Below are positions 1 to 12,109 of a stretch of 61,909 nucleotides of DNA, in pieces. A program made the translations under genes and the position numbers. Positions within the stretch are counted from its first letter, which is position 1; the number at the start of each line of letters is the position of its first letter. The notes beneath the pieces are model-generated. The model searched no databases. It was not told where the DNA came from and saw only the letters and a program-made list of their open reading frames with translations. Origin of the DNA: Squatina squatina (lineage: Eukaryota); NCBI GenBank assembly GCA_031763465.1, contig JARFOE010000001.1, positions 15,000,300 through 15,062,208 of the forward strand, read 5' to 3'.

Positions 1-240
1 GAGCATAAAGAGTTATATCCAATTTCTTCTTGAATATATTTAATGACTTGGCCTCAACTGCCTTCTGTGGTACAGAATTCCACAGGTTCACCACTCTCTG
101 GTTCTGAACTCCCCAGCCATCAGGAACATCCTTCCTGCATCTAGTCTGTCTATTCCTGTTAGAATTTTACAGGTTTCTGTGAGATGCCCTCTCATTCTTC
201 TAAATTCTAGCGAATATAAGCCTAATCGACCCAATCTCTC
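1..240 (-). mobile_element. CR1-clade LINE, 3' ORF2 fragment
   Basis: Plus-strand text gaattccacaggttcaccactctctg is the reverse complement of the typical CR1 ORF2 end (QRVVNLWNS). Confidence 0.75.
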
Positions 241-975
241 TCAATAAAAAAGAAAGATACTTAAAATTACTGTGTTTTTGTACAGACCTGTAAAATACAC
301 CTGAGTTTTAAACTGGTTACTTTTTGAGAAAACATTGCATTTTGTTTCATTTGCTTGTGTTGGTTTCAACACCCGCCTGTAGTTCCTACTCATAAACTCT
401 TTTTAACTTTGTATTGAAAATAAGGATTTTAGATACAGGCGTAGCAGTAGAAGTGCTAAACTGATCTTTTATAAGCACATGGGTTATGATTCAGCAATGG
501 ATATCTACTGTTTTAGCCAGGATAATCACGCTTTCATGACACAATTAGCTTCAACACACCTCTGCCACACTTCACCCTCCCACCGCACCCCGCCAACCCT
601 CACTATTTTCTGCACACTAAAATTCTCACAGCTTGTTGAGATACTTCCAATATCTGCTAACCTTCCTAGCATCACAGCTTTATTTAGAAAGATAATGGAG
701 TTCGGATAACGCTGCCATGAAATGCAATCATAAATTGAATTTGCAATTTTATGGTAGCAAGCACTGTGCTGAATCCTGGACATGTTTTATTCAGTACACA
801 AATTACCCAAGATTCTCAATATGCAGAGTTCAGTTCTTTGCTGCAATAAATTTATCTGCATTTTGTCTGAGGCGGTAAGAGGCTTTCTGTATGATAATGT
901 TGCCAATTTTAGATCAGCAGGGAGCTGGTATTGATTCTATGAGAACTTTTCCAAAGTACTTTCACCGTCATGTCC

Positions 976-1130
976 TAGAAACATAGAAACATAGAAAATA
1001 GGAGCAGGAATAGGCCATTCAGCCCTTTGAGCCTGCACCACCATTCAATATGATCATGGCTGATCTTCCAAATTCAGTCCCCTGTCCCTGCTTTCTCCCC
1101 ATATCCCTTGATTCCTTTAGCCCCAAGAAT
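976..1130 (-). mobile_element. CR1/HER1-type LINE 3' end with (CTATGTTT)n tail
   Basis: tagaaacatagaaacatagaaaataggagcagg...ggccattcagccc; 8-nt tandem tail plus 3' UTR stem characteristic of elasmobranch CR1-like LINEs. Confidence 0.85.
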
Positions 1131-1230
1131 NNNNNNNNNNNNNNNNNNNNNNNNNNNNNNNNNNNNNNNNNNNNNNNNNNNNNNNNNNNNNNNNNNNNNN
1201 NNNNNNNNNNNNNNNNNNNNNNNNNNNNNN

Positions 1231-2005
1231 AAAATGACACCAAGGTTGCGAACATTCTCGTTCAGCCTCAGGCAGAAGTTGGGGAGAGGGATGGAGTCAG
1301 TGGCGAAGGAACAGAGTTTGTGGTGGGGGACTGAAAACAATAGCTTCAGTCTTCCCAATATTCAATCGAAAAAAATTCTGCTCATCCACACCTGAATGTC
1401 AGACAAGCAGTTTGGAAATTTAGAGACAGTGGATGGGTCGAGAAAAGTGGCAGTGAGGTAGAGCTGGGTGTCATCAGCGTACATGTGGAAACTGACGCTG
1501 TGTTTCAGATGATGTCGCCAAGAGACAACACGTAGATAAGAAATAGGAGGGAGCCAAGGATAGATCCTTGGGGGACACCAGAGGTAACGATGCAGAGGCA
1601 GAAAAAGAAGCCATTGCAGGTGATTCTCTGGCTATGATTCGATAGATAAGAATGGAACCAGGCGAGTGCAGTCCCGCCCAGCTGTACGATGGTGGAGAGG
1701 CATTGGAGAAGGATAGAGTGGTCAAGAGGGAAAGTTTGCCTTTGTCACAATCACAAAGAATGTCATGTGTGACTTTGATGAGCGCCGTTTTGGTACTGTG
1801 GCAGGCGCGGAAACCAGATTGGAGGGATTCAAACGTGGAGTTGCGGGAAAGATGGGCACAGATTTGGGAGGCAACAACACGTTCAAGGACTTGAGAGGAA
1901 AGTGAGGTTGGAGATGGAGTGGTAATTTTCAAGGACGGAGGGGCTGAAGATTGTTTTTTTTTAGGAGAAGGGTGACTGGGGCAGACTTGAGGGAGAGGGG
2001 GACAG
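1231..2005 (-). mobile_element. L2-clade LINE reverse transcriptase fragment (degenerate)
   Basis: LERVVASQICAHLSRNSTFESLQSGFRACHSTKTALIKVTHDIL in ORF 1474-1932. GVPQGS.LG and YADD-like motifs lie in a shifted frame. Confidence 0.88.
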
Positions 2006-3024
2006 TCTCTGGGTGAAGAAGTTTCCTCTGAATTCCGCCCAAGCGCACCATGGAAAATCCATGCGGAATGTCCTTCAGCTGCCTGGGCCCTAAGCTCTGG
2101 AATTCCTATTTGATTTCTTAGTGACTATCTTATACTAATGGCCTCTAGTTATGCTATTCCCCACAAGTGGAAACACTATCTATTCTATCAAAACCTTTCA
2201 TAATTTTAAAGACCTCAATTAGGTCACCCCTCAGCCTTCACTTTTCAAGAGAAAAAAGAGACCCAGCCTGTTCATCCTTTTCCAATAGGTATGGCCCTCA
2301 CATTTCTGATATCATCCTTGTAAATCTTCTCTGCACCCCCTCCAGTGCCTCTATATCCTTAATATAATATGGCAACCAGAATTGGAGTTCTCCAAGTGTG
2401 GTCTAACCAAGGTTTGATCCAAGTTTAGCATAATTTCACTACTTTTCAATTCTATTTTTCAAGAAATAAACCCTACCGCTTGGTTTGCTTTTTAAGGCTT
2501 TGTTGACCTGTGTCGCAACTTCTAATGATTTGTGCATTTGTACTCCAAGATCCCTTTGTTCCTGTACCCAACCTAGACTCTCACCCTGAAAGTCATGTGA
2601 CGTCTATTCTTCCTACCAAAATGTAATACCTCACATTTATCGGTGTTGAAATTCATTTGCCCATTATATGCCCATTCTGCAAGTTTATTAATGTCCTCCT
2701 GTAATTTGCTGCAGTCCTCCTCAGTATTGACTACCTCCCCAATTTGCTGTCATTTTCAAACTTACAAATTGTGCTTTTACCGTTAATATAAATTGTGAAC
2801 AGTGGACCCAGCACTGATCCTTGTGTAACACCACTACCCACCTTCTGTATAGCTACCCTTAACCCCTACGCTCTGCTTGCTGTCTTGAAGCCAGCTAGCA
2901 ATCCATTCTGCTACTTGTCCCTGACACTGCATTCTCTGACCTTATTCATTAGTCTACTATGTGGTACCTTATCTCAAGCCTTTTGAAAATTTAGATGATT
3001 GCTTTACCCTTGTCTATTCTCTCT
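2006..3024 (-). mobile_element. CR1-clade LINE ORF2 RT/3' fragment (degenerate)
   Basis: Reverse complement reads DFQKAxDKVPH, GSVLGPLF and the C-terminal CR1 motifs; many indels. Confidence 0.85.
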
Positions 3025-3124
3025 NNNNNNNNNNNNNNNNNNNNNNNNNNNNNNNNNNNNNNNNNNNNNNNNNNNNNNNNNNNNNNNNNNNNNNNNNNNN
3101 NNNNNNNNNNNNNNNNNNNNNNNN

Positions 3125-3980
3125 GGCTGGCAGTCCTCAAAGAATAAAAGTCAATGTTATCCAGTCCCGATGGGATGGATCCTAGATTGCTGAGGGAAGT
3201 AAGAGGCTCTGGCCACATCCTTCCAATCCGAGTTGGATATGGGCGTGGTGCCAGGGGACTGGAGGATTGCAAATGTTCCACCTCTGTTCAAAAAAGGGGT
3301 GAAGGATAAACAGGCCAGCCAGCCTAACGTTGGTGGTGGGGAAACTTTTAGAGGCAATAATCTGGGACAAAATTAATTGTCACTTGGAAGAACATGAGTT
3401 AACAAATGAAAGCCAGCACAGATTTGTTAAAAGCAAATCGTGCCTGACAAATTTAATTGAGTTCTTTGATGAAGTAACAGAGAGGGTTGATGAGCGTAGT
3501 GCAGTTGATGTGTATATTCAGAAGGCATTTGATAAAGTACCACATAATAGACTAACTTGAAAAATTGAAGCCCATGGGATTAGAGGGACAGTGCCAGCAT
3601 GGATACGAAATTGGCTAAGAAACAGAAAGCAGAGAGTGATGGTGACCATTTATTTTTCAGACTGGCGGGAAGTGGCGCCCCCAGGGTTCAGTATTAGGAC
3701 CACTGTTCTTCTTGGTACATATTAATGACCTGGACTTGGGTACACAGGGAATCATTTCAAAGTTCGCAGGTGACATAAAGCCTGGAAATGTAGCAAACAG
3801 TGAGGAGGATAGTAACAGATTTCAGGAGGACACAGGCAACTGGTGAAAAGGGCAGACACATGGCGAGTGAAGTTTAATGCAGAGAACTGTGAAGTGATAC
3901 ATTTTGGAATGAAAAATGATGAGAGGCGATATAAACAAATGGTACAATTTTAAAGAAACAGAGACCTGGGGGTTCACATA
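3125..3980 (+). mobile_element. CR1-clade LINE ORF2 RT fragment
   Basis: VVGKLLEAIIWDKINCHLE...SQHRFVKSKSCLTNLIEFFDEVT...FDKVPH; downstream PQGSVLGPL and a degenerate KFADD. Confidence 0.9.
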
Positions 3981-5234
3981 CTATAAAATAAATAAGTAAA
4001 TGGGAAGTTTTCAAGGAATAGCAAGGTGCTTCACCAAGTTGATTTATAACGTCAGGATGACATTTACATTGTATTTCAGGAAATGTGTTTATCTACATAA
4101 TTTGATTTGGTTGGAGAAGGGTAGCTGTCACATCGAGTTTCAGGATAGTTTCTGCACACTCAGTCCCACAGGTTGAAGAATTAGTGCAAGCTGTGAGTTC
4201 AGCACACATTTATATGAATATAAATTGTCCTACAGTAAAACTGTAACAATTTGTCTTTTCAAATAATTAGTTTGGACAGTTGTACNNNNNNNNNNNNNNN
4301 NNNNNNNNNNNNNNNNNNNNNNNNNNNNNNNNNNNNNNNNNNNNNNNNNNNNNNNNNNNNNNNNNNNNNNNNNNNNNNNNNNNNNCAATATGTGTATTAT
4401 GGACAATATTTGAAAATGGATTTTTCTCAGACTGTTGAATATATAATGTGAATGTGTTTCAAAAACATACAATTGTATAGTCTGACAGATAATAACAATC
4501 AAACCCCTTTGATGTTTAAATGTTTTATTTGTACTTTCAGGTGGTTATATAAATGGTACCATAATTCTTATTCTCTTCCTGTTTTCTTCTGAGCCACAGA
4601 CCATGCAACAGTTGAAGAAAAGCAACAAATTCCATCCAAGGCCTCAGCTAATTGCACACTCTAACTAATTGCTCAGAGGTGTGATTGAATGGCCTGGGAC
4701 AGTTCTCTCTCCAACTTTCATTTCTTGTCTATGGCAAAGCTCCACTTGGAACAATGCCATAGTGATGCAGCATAGTTTGAGAACTTACAGGTGGAAGGGC
4801 AAAAGATATTACTGTTGCAATGTGATATGTCTGTACATAAATGTAATTGCTATCGGACACAAAAGTGAGTCAAGGATCTGAATGGAACAGTCATGCACTC
4901 TAAAAAAAGGAATTCATTGTATATGAAGCACTTTGAGACACTTCTGAGACATGATTAGGTGTTATATCTGCTCAGTGTCTTGTACAGAAAGTTGTGGAAG
5001 GCCAGCTCCTCTGTCTACAATCTGGAGCATGGAGAGGAAATGGCTTTTTAGGCCCCCTTATTCCTAAGATGCTTGGTGCTCATATGTGTTTAACAGTTTA
5101 TTCTTTATATGTAATAAAGATATGTCTACCAAAGAGCATATCATGTAATTGCATTGATATACATGTCTGTACTTGATCAAGTTGCTTCATGCAAGTGTGC
5201 AACTAGGTGAAGACTGAGGAACATGCAATATTAA

Positions 5235-5395
5235 GGTTATAGGGAATTGGATATATATTTTAAAAGGAGAAATTGGCAGGGCTATGGGCAAAGAGCAGTG
5301 GAGAGGAACTAATTGGATAGCTCTTTCAAAGAGCCGGCACAGGTACGTTGGGCCGAATGGCCTCATTCTGTGCAATAAGATTCTTTGGTTCTATA
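5235..5395 (+). mobile_element. CR1-type LINE 3' end
   Basis: gggctatggg...ttggatagctctttcaaagagccggcac...tgggccgaatggcctc...attct tail. Confidence 0.75.
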
Positions 5396-5524
5396 TGAAT
5401 AGTTGGCAAAACACCAACTTGTATTTTCCTACCAGTAGCCGTGTTAAAGTAGGTGAGACTTCCATCTGCCTCTCTGATACTGCTGGAATCCTAACCAGTT
5501 TCCTGGCTCAGAGGTCAGTAATCC

Positions 5525-5900
5525 TGGTGGGATTCTTACGACTGTGATGGTGCAAAGTCCTGCAGCTGCAGCACCAGATGGCCTTGGAGTGCAAAAATGC
5601 CATGAAGATCCAAGCAGGTGCCCCATTAATGATCTCGCCCAAGACTGAGGCCTTCAGTAGGTCAGTGTTGGGGGTGTAATGGGGTGAGAGGAGGTCACTG
5701 CAAGATGCTCTCCCTCCGTGGGGTCACCTTAGGATCATCATCACTGCTTCACGGGGCCTACTGCCATCTTCCCATTGGTGGCCCTAAGAAGCAGCAGTAA
5801 CCCAGGCAGATGGGAGGGAAATTCAACAGGGACCGTGCACCACAGGTGTTTGGAGTTCGTTACAATTATTAAAATGAGGCCTGAGGCCCAAACTCTGGCA
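5525..5900. mobile_element. Non-autonomous DNA transposon fragment (Harbinger-like MITE family)
   Basis: GC-rich block. aaaatgaggcctgaggcccaaactc resembles, in reverse, gagtttgaggccccagcctcattt at about 27447. Confidence 0.45.
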
Positions 5901-6008
5901 AAATGGCTTCCACTTGTTCTGGAGTTCGTATGTTTTTACTCCAAATTAGGATGCTTCGTGGTTGTTTTTTGAACAAACGGAAGTGAGAAGGGAGAGGGAG
6001 ATTTACAC

Positions 6009-6145
6009 AAAAAGCAAATACTGAGGATGCTGGTGATCTGAAATAAAAACAGAAAATGCCAAAAATACACAGCAGGTCAGGCAGCATCTGTGGAGAAAGG
6101 GATGTAGGGTTAACATTTCAGGTTGATAACCTTTCATCAGAACCC
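6009..6145 (-). mobile_element. Short Penelope-derived terminal repeat carrying a hammerhead motif
   Basis: cagcaggtcaggcagcatctgtggaga...gttaacatttc matches the end of the Penelope element at 28650-28750. Confidence 0.8.
6107..6145 (-). ncRNA. Minimal type I hammerhead ribozyme motif
   Basis: Minus strand GGGTT-CTGATGA-A-AGGTT-ATC-AACCT-GAAA-TGTT-AACCC: intact core, perfect 5-bp stems I and II. Confidence 0.75.
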
Positions 6146-6319
6146 AGAAAATTACCCCATTGTGGGAGCATAGGTGAAGAAGGGGGAGAGAGACTCTATT
6201 AAGGAAGGGAGGTTATCATAGACACCCAATATTAATAAAATACAAAGATACGTTTTTGTGGAACACTAAGCTGATAGATGTGGGTTTTACCACCAAAAAT
6301 TGCCATTTGTTGAAGAACA

Positions 6320-6601
6320 TTGGAACAGGAGTAGCCCGTTCAGCTCCTCCAACCTGTTCCGCCATTCAGTAAAAACATGGCTGATCTGTATCTTCATTCC
6401 ATCCACCTGCCTTGGCTCCATATCCTTTTATATCCTTGTCCAACAAAGATCTGTCAATCTCAGATTTTAAATTACTACTATTACTTTTTGTGAAGGAGAG
6501 TTCCACACTTCTATCACCCTTTGCATGAAGACGTGTTTCCTAACTTCTCTCCTGAGTCGCCTTGCTTTGATTTTAATGTTACATACCTTTGTCCTAGACT
6601 C
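6320..6601 (-). mobile_element. CR1-type LINE 3' fragment
   Basis: Minus ORF ends KIKARRLRREVRKHVFMQRVIEVWNS; the 3' UTR ggaacaggagtagcccgttcagc matches other copies in the window. Confidence 0.8.
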
Positions 6602-9311
6602 NNNNNNNNNNNNNNNNNNNNNNNNNNNNNNNNNNNNNNNNNNNNNNNNNNNNNNNNNNNNNNNNNNNNNNNNNNNNNNNNNNNNNNNNNNNNNNNNNNN
6701 NTGGTTTAGCAATCCACTTGTTTTACAATAAGTCAAAATGTAACTGAGCTGAAGAGTACGAACAGCAGAAAATGAAGGAAAATGGAAGAATCGTGGGTGA
6801 TTTCTCTAGTTGTACGCATAATATTAACACGCATTGCATTAGATGAAATTACTATGGTTGCAGCAGACAAAAATACAATACTTTCCAGTTTGAGAGATGC
6901 CTAAAGAAATGTCGGATTTAGAGATCCATGACTTCTGGTCCAGGTTAGATGCATGGAATGACTTGTTCAACGTGCTAACTTGTTCATCATTTTCCCTCCC
7001 ATTTTTCTATAATTTCTATTTTATAATGTAAAAAAATGTGGCTCGACTATCGAACCGCAAAACATCTTAATGCGTGTGTATAACAAGCCACAAATGTTTA
7101 TGGCTAATTTGGTTAAAATTGAGTCTGAAGTCTCCCGGCTGGCGACGAGCAGCGACTAGTGTCGAAGTGCTGCAGTAAAAAACTTGGAGGCGGGCAACGC
7201 GCGCAGGGTGGATCGGAGAGGAACCGATCAAAAGGAAAGCAGGTCCACTCAAAGCTCTGGATGAACTCTCACAGCACAGATGGGTTTCATCGCGTTTCGG
7301 TGCATAGACATGCACAATAACACCAGTTAAAAGTTCCCAGTGCATTTCCACAACATTGAGATTACGTACCCGTAAAAAAGCCCAATTATACGGAGGACAA
7401 CTGTCAATCGCAACACATCACTCACCAGCCACCCATTGCGAAGCAGTTTACACTAGTTATTAACCTCATCAGGTCTTTTTTTTTAAAGTTCCGTATTGGT
7501 CACCATACTTTCACTGAAACGGACTCATTTTGCAACACATTAAATTCAAGTGCTTTTCCCCTAATGGGACAAATCCCACCAAACATCCCAAATAAACAGG
7601 ACATCCATCACTTAAAACCAAAAGAAACCAATATTACACTGTATCCACCAACATTTCCCACAACTGCAGCTAACCACACAAGAAACACATCAGGCACACA
7701 CACAAGCACCTGGGCATAACACGGTACAGTAAGTGGATGCACCCAGTGTAGAAATCGATATTATACATTAGACTTGACAAAACAACTTTTTTATTTACAT
7801 ATTAACTCAAATGTCTTTTCCGGTCGCTCAGAACTGCATGCGGTCACATAAATGTAGATTGTGAGGAATCAGGAATCTCAGATAGATAAATAATAACGGA
7901 AACATTGAGTAGAGNNNNNNNNNNNNNNNNNNNNNNNNNNNNNNNNNNNNNNNNNNNNNNNNNNNNNNNNNNNNNNNNNNNNNNNNNNNNNNNNNNNNNN
8001 NNNNNNNNNNNNNNNNNNNNNNNNNNNNNNNNNNNNNNNNNNNNNNNNNNNNNNNNNNNNNNNNNNNNNNNNNNNNNNNNNNNNNNNNNNNNNNNNNNNN
8101 NNNNNNNNNNNNNNNNNNNNNNNNNNNNNNNNNNNNNNNNNNNNNNNNNNNNNNNNNNNNNNNNNNNNNNNNNNNNNNNNNNNNNNNNNNNNNNNNNNAA
8201 GAAGTAGAAAGTTGGAAAATCTAGACTTGCAATTCCCAGCTCAAACTCAGCATCGTCCTCCGCCGAGCTCGGTTTCCTCGCAGTCTTATTCCCATAGATC
8301 ACGCCTCCAGTGTAAAAAAACACTTATCTTTCCTGGGATTTCTTTTGCAAAGGCAGATAATGTTCCAGTCCAGCAGATCACGTCTTTTATAATTAAAAGG
8401 AAAATTCCTCTTTCGGTAAGAGAAAGGTTTTCTTTAGTGAGGAACTAAATGCCAGAAAATCGTTGCATCATTAACAACCATCTCCCTTGTATGGCATCAT
8501 GCGGCAATTTACAGGAACACAAATACTTAAACTGGCGAGTACAGTAGATGGTGATAGCCTTTCTCCATTATGCTGATGTAGTATCTAATTTCATATCTGA
8601 TCAGCTGTAAGCCATTAGCGTGATCAATTTCACCGGCTGCGGTTAAAAACAATACCCAGAGCTGACTTCAAACTGAAACTGCTGACAGCTGATAATATTC
8701 ACAAGATAATACCGGGGATCCGGAGGAAATGCTCTCATTTTAACATTCTCAGCAAAGCGATAGAGCAGGAAGCGTAGGCAGAAAGGAGCATCTGTAGCAG
8801 ACAAGGGCTGATTCACTTGTGTTTTACTGCCCTTGACCACCAGGTGACTACACTCCTGTCTTTTTAAGACACTGAGGGGTTTCTTGTAAGTCGGCAGCGC
8901 TAATATCCTTCAGCAAGCAGTGCTCCAAATGGTCTTAATGCCCGTCTACTTTAGCTATCATATCAGGCAACTGGGAATTAACCGCGAAACCAGCATTTGG
9001 CCAGAATGCTGGAGTTCGCACTGTCACATATATTAATTGACGCCGTGCATTGAATGATGGATTTAATCGTTTAGTGAAAAGCTGACTTGCTTCCAAATAT
9101 ACTTCAAAAACAACATTTTTAAAAATTGCTCTTCGTGTTATTAGGGAAGATCAAATCAACATAAACCAAAGCAATGAAAAGCCGGGAAAGCTGATAATAC
9201 AGATGAACGCCNNNNNNNNNNNNNNNNNNNNNNNNNNNNNNNNNNNNNNNNNNNNNNNNNNNNNNNNNNNNNNNNNNNNNNNNNNNNNNNNNNNNNNNNN
9301 NNNNNNNNNNN

Positions 9312-9835
9312 ACAACTGCCACATTATGCTCCTCCTCCCCCTCCCTCCTCCTCCCCCTCCCTCCTCCTCCCCCTCCCTCCTCCTCCTCCTCCTTCCCCTC
9401 TCCCCTTTGGACAGCCTCCTGCTTCAAGGTGCCATGGTCTGCATTCTGGCTGTCCTTCCAACAGTCTTTATCCTTATCCTCACAGGTGGCAAGTACATTG
9501 TATCTGTCAAATAGAATCAGTTTCTGTGGATCCTCATTCCTTATCTCACCTGGGTTCTTATTACTCTGCACACTGTCAATCACACCAACCCCGTTCTGAA
9601 CCTGCACCTCTCTACAAGGTGTGACTGAAGTCTGGAGTAAACTGCTCAGATACTGCTCCCCATCCCTTGTGTCGGAGTGTCTCCAACTCTCACTGCAGCT
9701 CAATGACTCTGAGCTGGAGAGATTTGAGACCGAGACATCTACTGCAGATGTGTTCACTCAAGACAATCTCGCTGTTGACAAGCTCCCACATACTGCAATC
9801 CCGACACGCAAGCTGCTCTGCCTTATCTTAGTTTA
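9312..9835 (-). mobile_element. CR1-clade LINE ORF1 fragment with GAG/GGA simple repeat
   Basis: Minus ORF ...GEQYLSSLLQTSVTP...LFDRYNVLATCEDKDK...NVAV resembles CR1 ORF1 leading into the VVGDS esterase motif; (CCT)n low-complexity run at 9329-9404. Confidence 0.6.
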
Positions 9836-10405
9836 GATTATTTATACTATTTATATCTGCTTAAGTTTTTTTTTCCATTCCTTTTAACACACTAACCTGC
9901 ACTAAGCATTAAACACCAGAAAAAATAAAGCTTTACCAGTCTAAAATTACAGCGATGATAATGCAAGTAAACTTGAACATTTACATAATTAGTGCTAACT
10001 CTGTGCACTCATCGCTGATTTTAAAATAACCTTATTTGAATGCTACAACTGTACTAGTTCTCATGATTGGTTTATCATAGAAAATGCAACCCATAAGGAG
10101 CACAGCAAATTCCAGGCTGAATATTTGAAAGTTGATGCCTGAAAATGATTGCATTTTATAATTGCTTGTCATTATGATTTTCTGTTGCCCGGGTTGTTGG
10201 AATTAATTCAGAGTAACAGATTAATATGTTTTGTTTGATAATGGCTTTGCTTGGCTGATTGATTGTGTGTGTTTAAGGGTAATGAACATTAGCACTAAAT
10301 ATTGTNNNNNNNNNNNNNNNNNNNNNNNNNNNNNNNNNNNNNNNNNNNNNNNNNNNNNNNNNNNNNNNNNNNNNNNNNNNNNNNNNNNNNNNNNNNNNNN
10401 NNNNN

Positions 10406-10625
10406 ATGAGTTTTTAATAGCCTTCTCAACTTGTTCTGCCACCTTCAAGATTTGTGTGCGTACACCTCCAGATCTCTCTATTCCTGCACCCCCGTTATAA
10501 TTGTACCATTTAGTTAATATTGCCTCTCCTCATTCCTCCTACGCATCACTTGACACTTCTTTGCATTCAATTTCATCTGCCAAATGTCTGCCCAATTCAC
10601 CAGTCTGTCTATGCCCTCCTGAATT
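10406..10625 (-). mobile_element. CR1 LINE RT C-terminal fragment
   Basis: Reverse complement reads LVN.ADIWQMKLNAKKCQVM...RDL.V...KVAEQVEKAIK. Confidence 0.75.
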
Positions 10626-10891
10626 ATGTTCCAATCTGCCCCATTATCAACTATAATAATGGTAGTTATTATTTTCCTACACCTCTATTTTAAAATGCAT
10701 AGATGAGTGGGCAAATATTTGATGCTTTCTAGAAATATGCTTTTTTAACAATTATATTAATCCTTTAACCTAAATTGTTTCCTTCACCATTTTGATTTTA
10801 ATACTTTTTACAGCCAGGATTTTATGACTGTCATATAATTAATGCAAGAGATTTTCTTGTCTAATTCTCATTATTTCCTATTGTATGTCAG

Positions 10892-11061
10892 AACCTCCTG
10901 ACAGAAAAGGTGGAACAGCTAATGGAATGGAGCTCCAGACGTTCAGTCATTCGAATGAATGGTGACAAATTTCGAAGGTTTGTGAAGGCCCCTCCTCGTA
11001 ATTACTCCGTGATTGTGATGTTCACTGCTCTTCAACCCCAGAGACAGTGTTCTGTCTGCAG
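10892..11061 (+). CDS. TUSC3: TUSC3 exon 2 equivalent (thioredoxin-like domain with CxxC)
   Basis: cag|AACCTC...TGCAG|gtaag, 170 bp. Translates [56 protein letters not shown](R), near-identical to recalled human TUSC3; includes the CSVC motif. Confidence 0.97.
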
Positions 11062-12109
11062 GTAAGAAAGAACCGTTGCTGCATCTCCGACAATAAATTG
11101 ACTAGGTATACTAGATAATTTTACTAAGGTATGAACTTTAAATACACTGTATTCCATCAATGTTATGACATCTACATTTAACTCTACCATCAGTATAACA
11201 TTTGAAAGGCTTGCAATACAGTACCACCTGACTCTACAGCTAGAATACAAAAAGGAAGACATGTCTATTGTTTCCATGACATAATTACAATTACCCTGTA
11301 AAATGTGATAGTCAGATTTTTTGATTTTAATCAATGCAATATTTTCTCATTGGAACTCAAACTTTCTTGGTATTATAATATGCTGTTTAAGCATTTTTTA
11401 GTGCATGAAGCAGAATTTAAAACAACCAATTTATTATTCATATGAACATTTAACTGGATTTTACTCTTACTTAGTAAACCTCGGTTAACTTGCTACTTAA
11501 TATTTGCCTGTATAAATATTAGAATTTGTTCAGAAATTATTATAGTTCCTTCAAAAAAAGGAATAAAGTGGGGACTTGAATCCAACATTATCTCTTATAT
11601 TAATTTGTTTGTATCAGTTTTTCTCCTTTATTGCCTCTTTTTAAACTTCTTCCCCACTGTTCTTTATTCAGTGACTTTCTAGTTCATCCAGAAGAGGCAG
11701 TCTGGATTGTGGAGTTCACCACAGCCTAGTTGGCAATGTCACCGGGGAGTGCACTTTCATTGAGCAGACATAGGAACTCTGCCACTCTTCCATCTTTATA
11801 AGATGAATGCTCCAAAATTACAATGTTCTTCATCCAACAGGGTGCCTAAGAGCTGTCAACATCTTTTGAAAAGCAAATTCCATGTCAGCATTAGAAATTC
11901 AACACAATAAACTGCTAACATTTTGTACTACTGCCACTTAAACTGTGGTAAAACAAACAGCAGTACAATTGTAGGTTTTAGCCTCTCCAAACTTACCTTC
12001 TGGCGAGCTCTTTGAACCCAAGAGTGAAGTACTGATAGTGGTAATGATTGCTAAATTTAATGTGATGAATTTGGAGTATCAAACAAGTAGCGTGATATTA
12101 AGATACATT

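Noticed and set aside
4541-4668. Possible terminal exon after tttcag or ccacag acceptors (...HATVEEKQQIPSKASANCTL*)
   Set aside because: Short, no recognisable homology, and not a valid CaaX motif; indistinguishable from chance.
8199-8310. Possible inverted TUSC3 exon 1 (minus strand MGIRLRGNRARRRTMLSLSWELQV)
   Set aside because: Hits a stop before any hydrophobic signal peptide or the QKKKE-donor end expected for exon 1.
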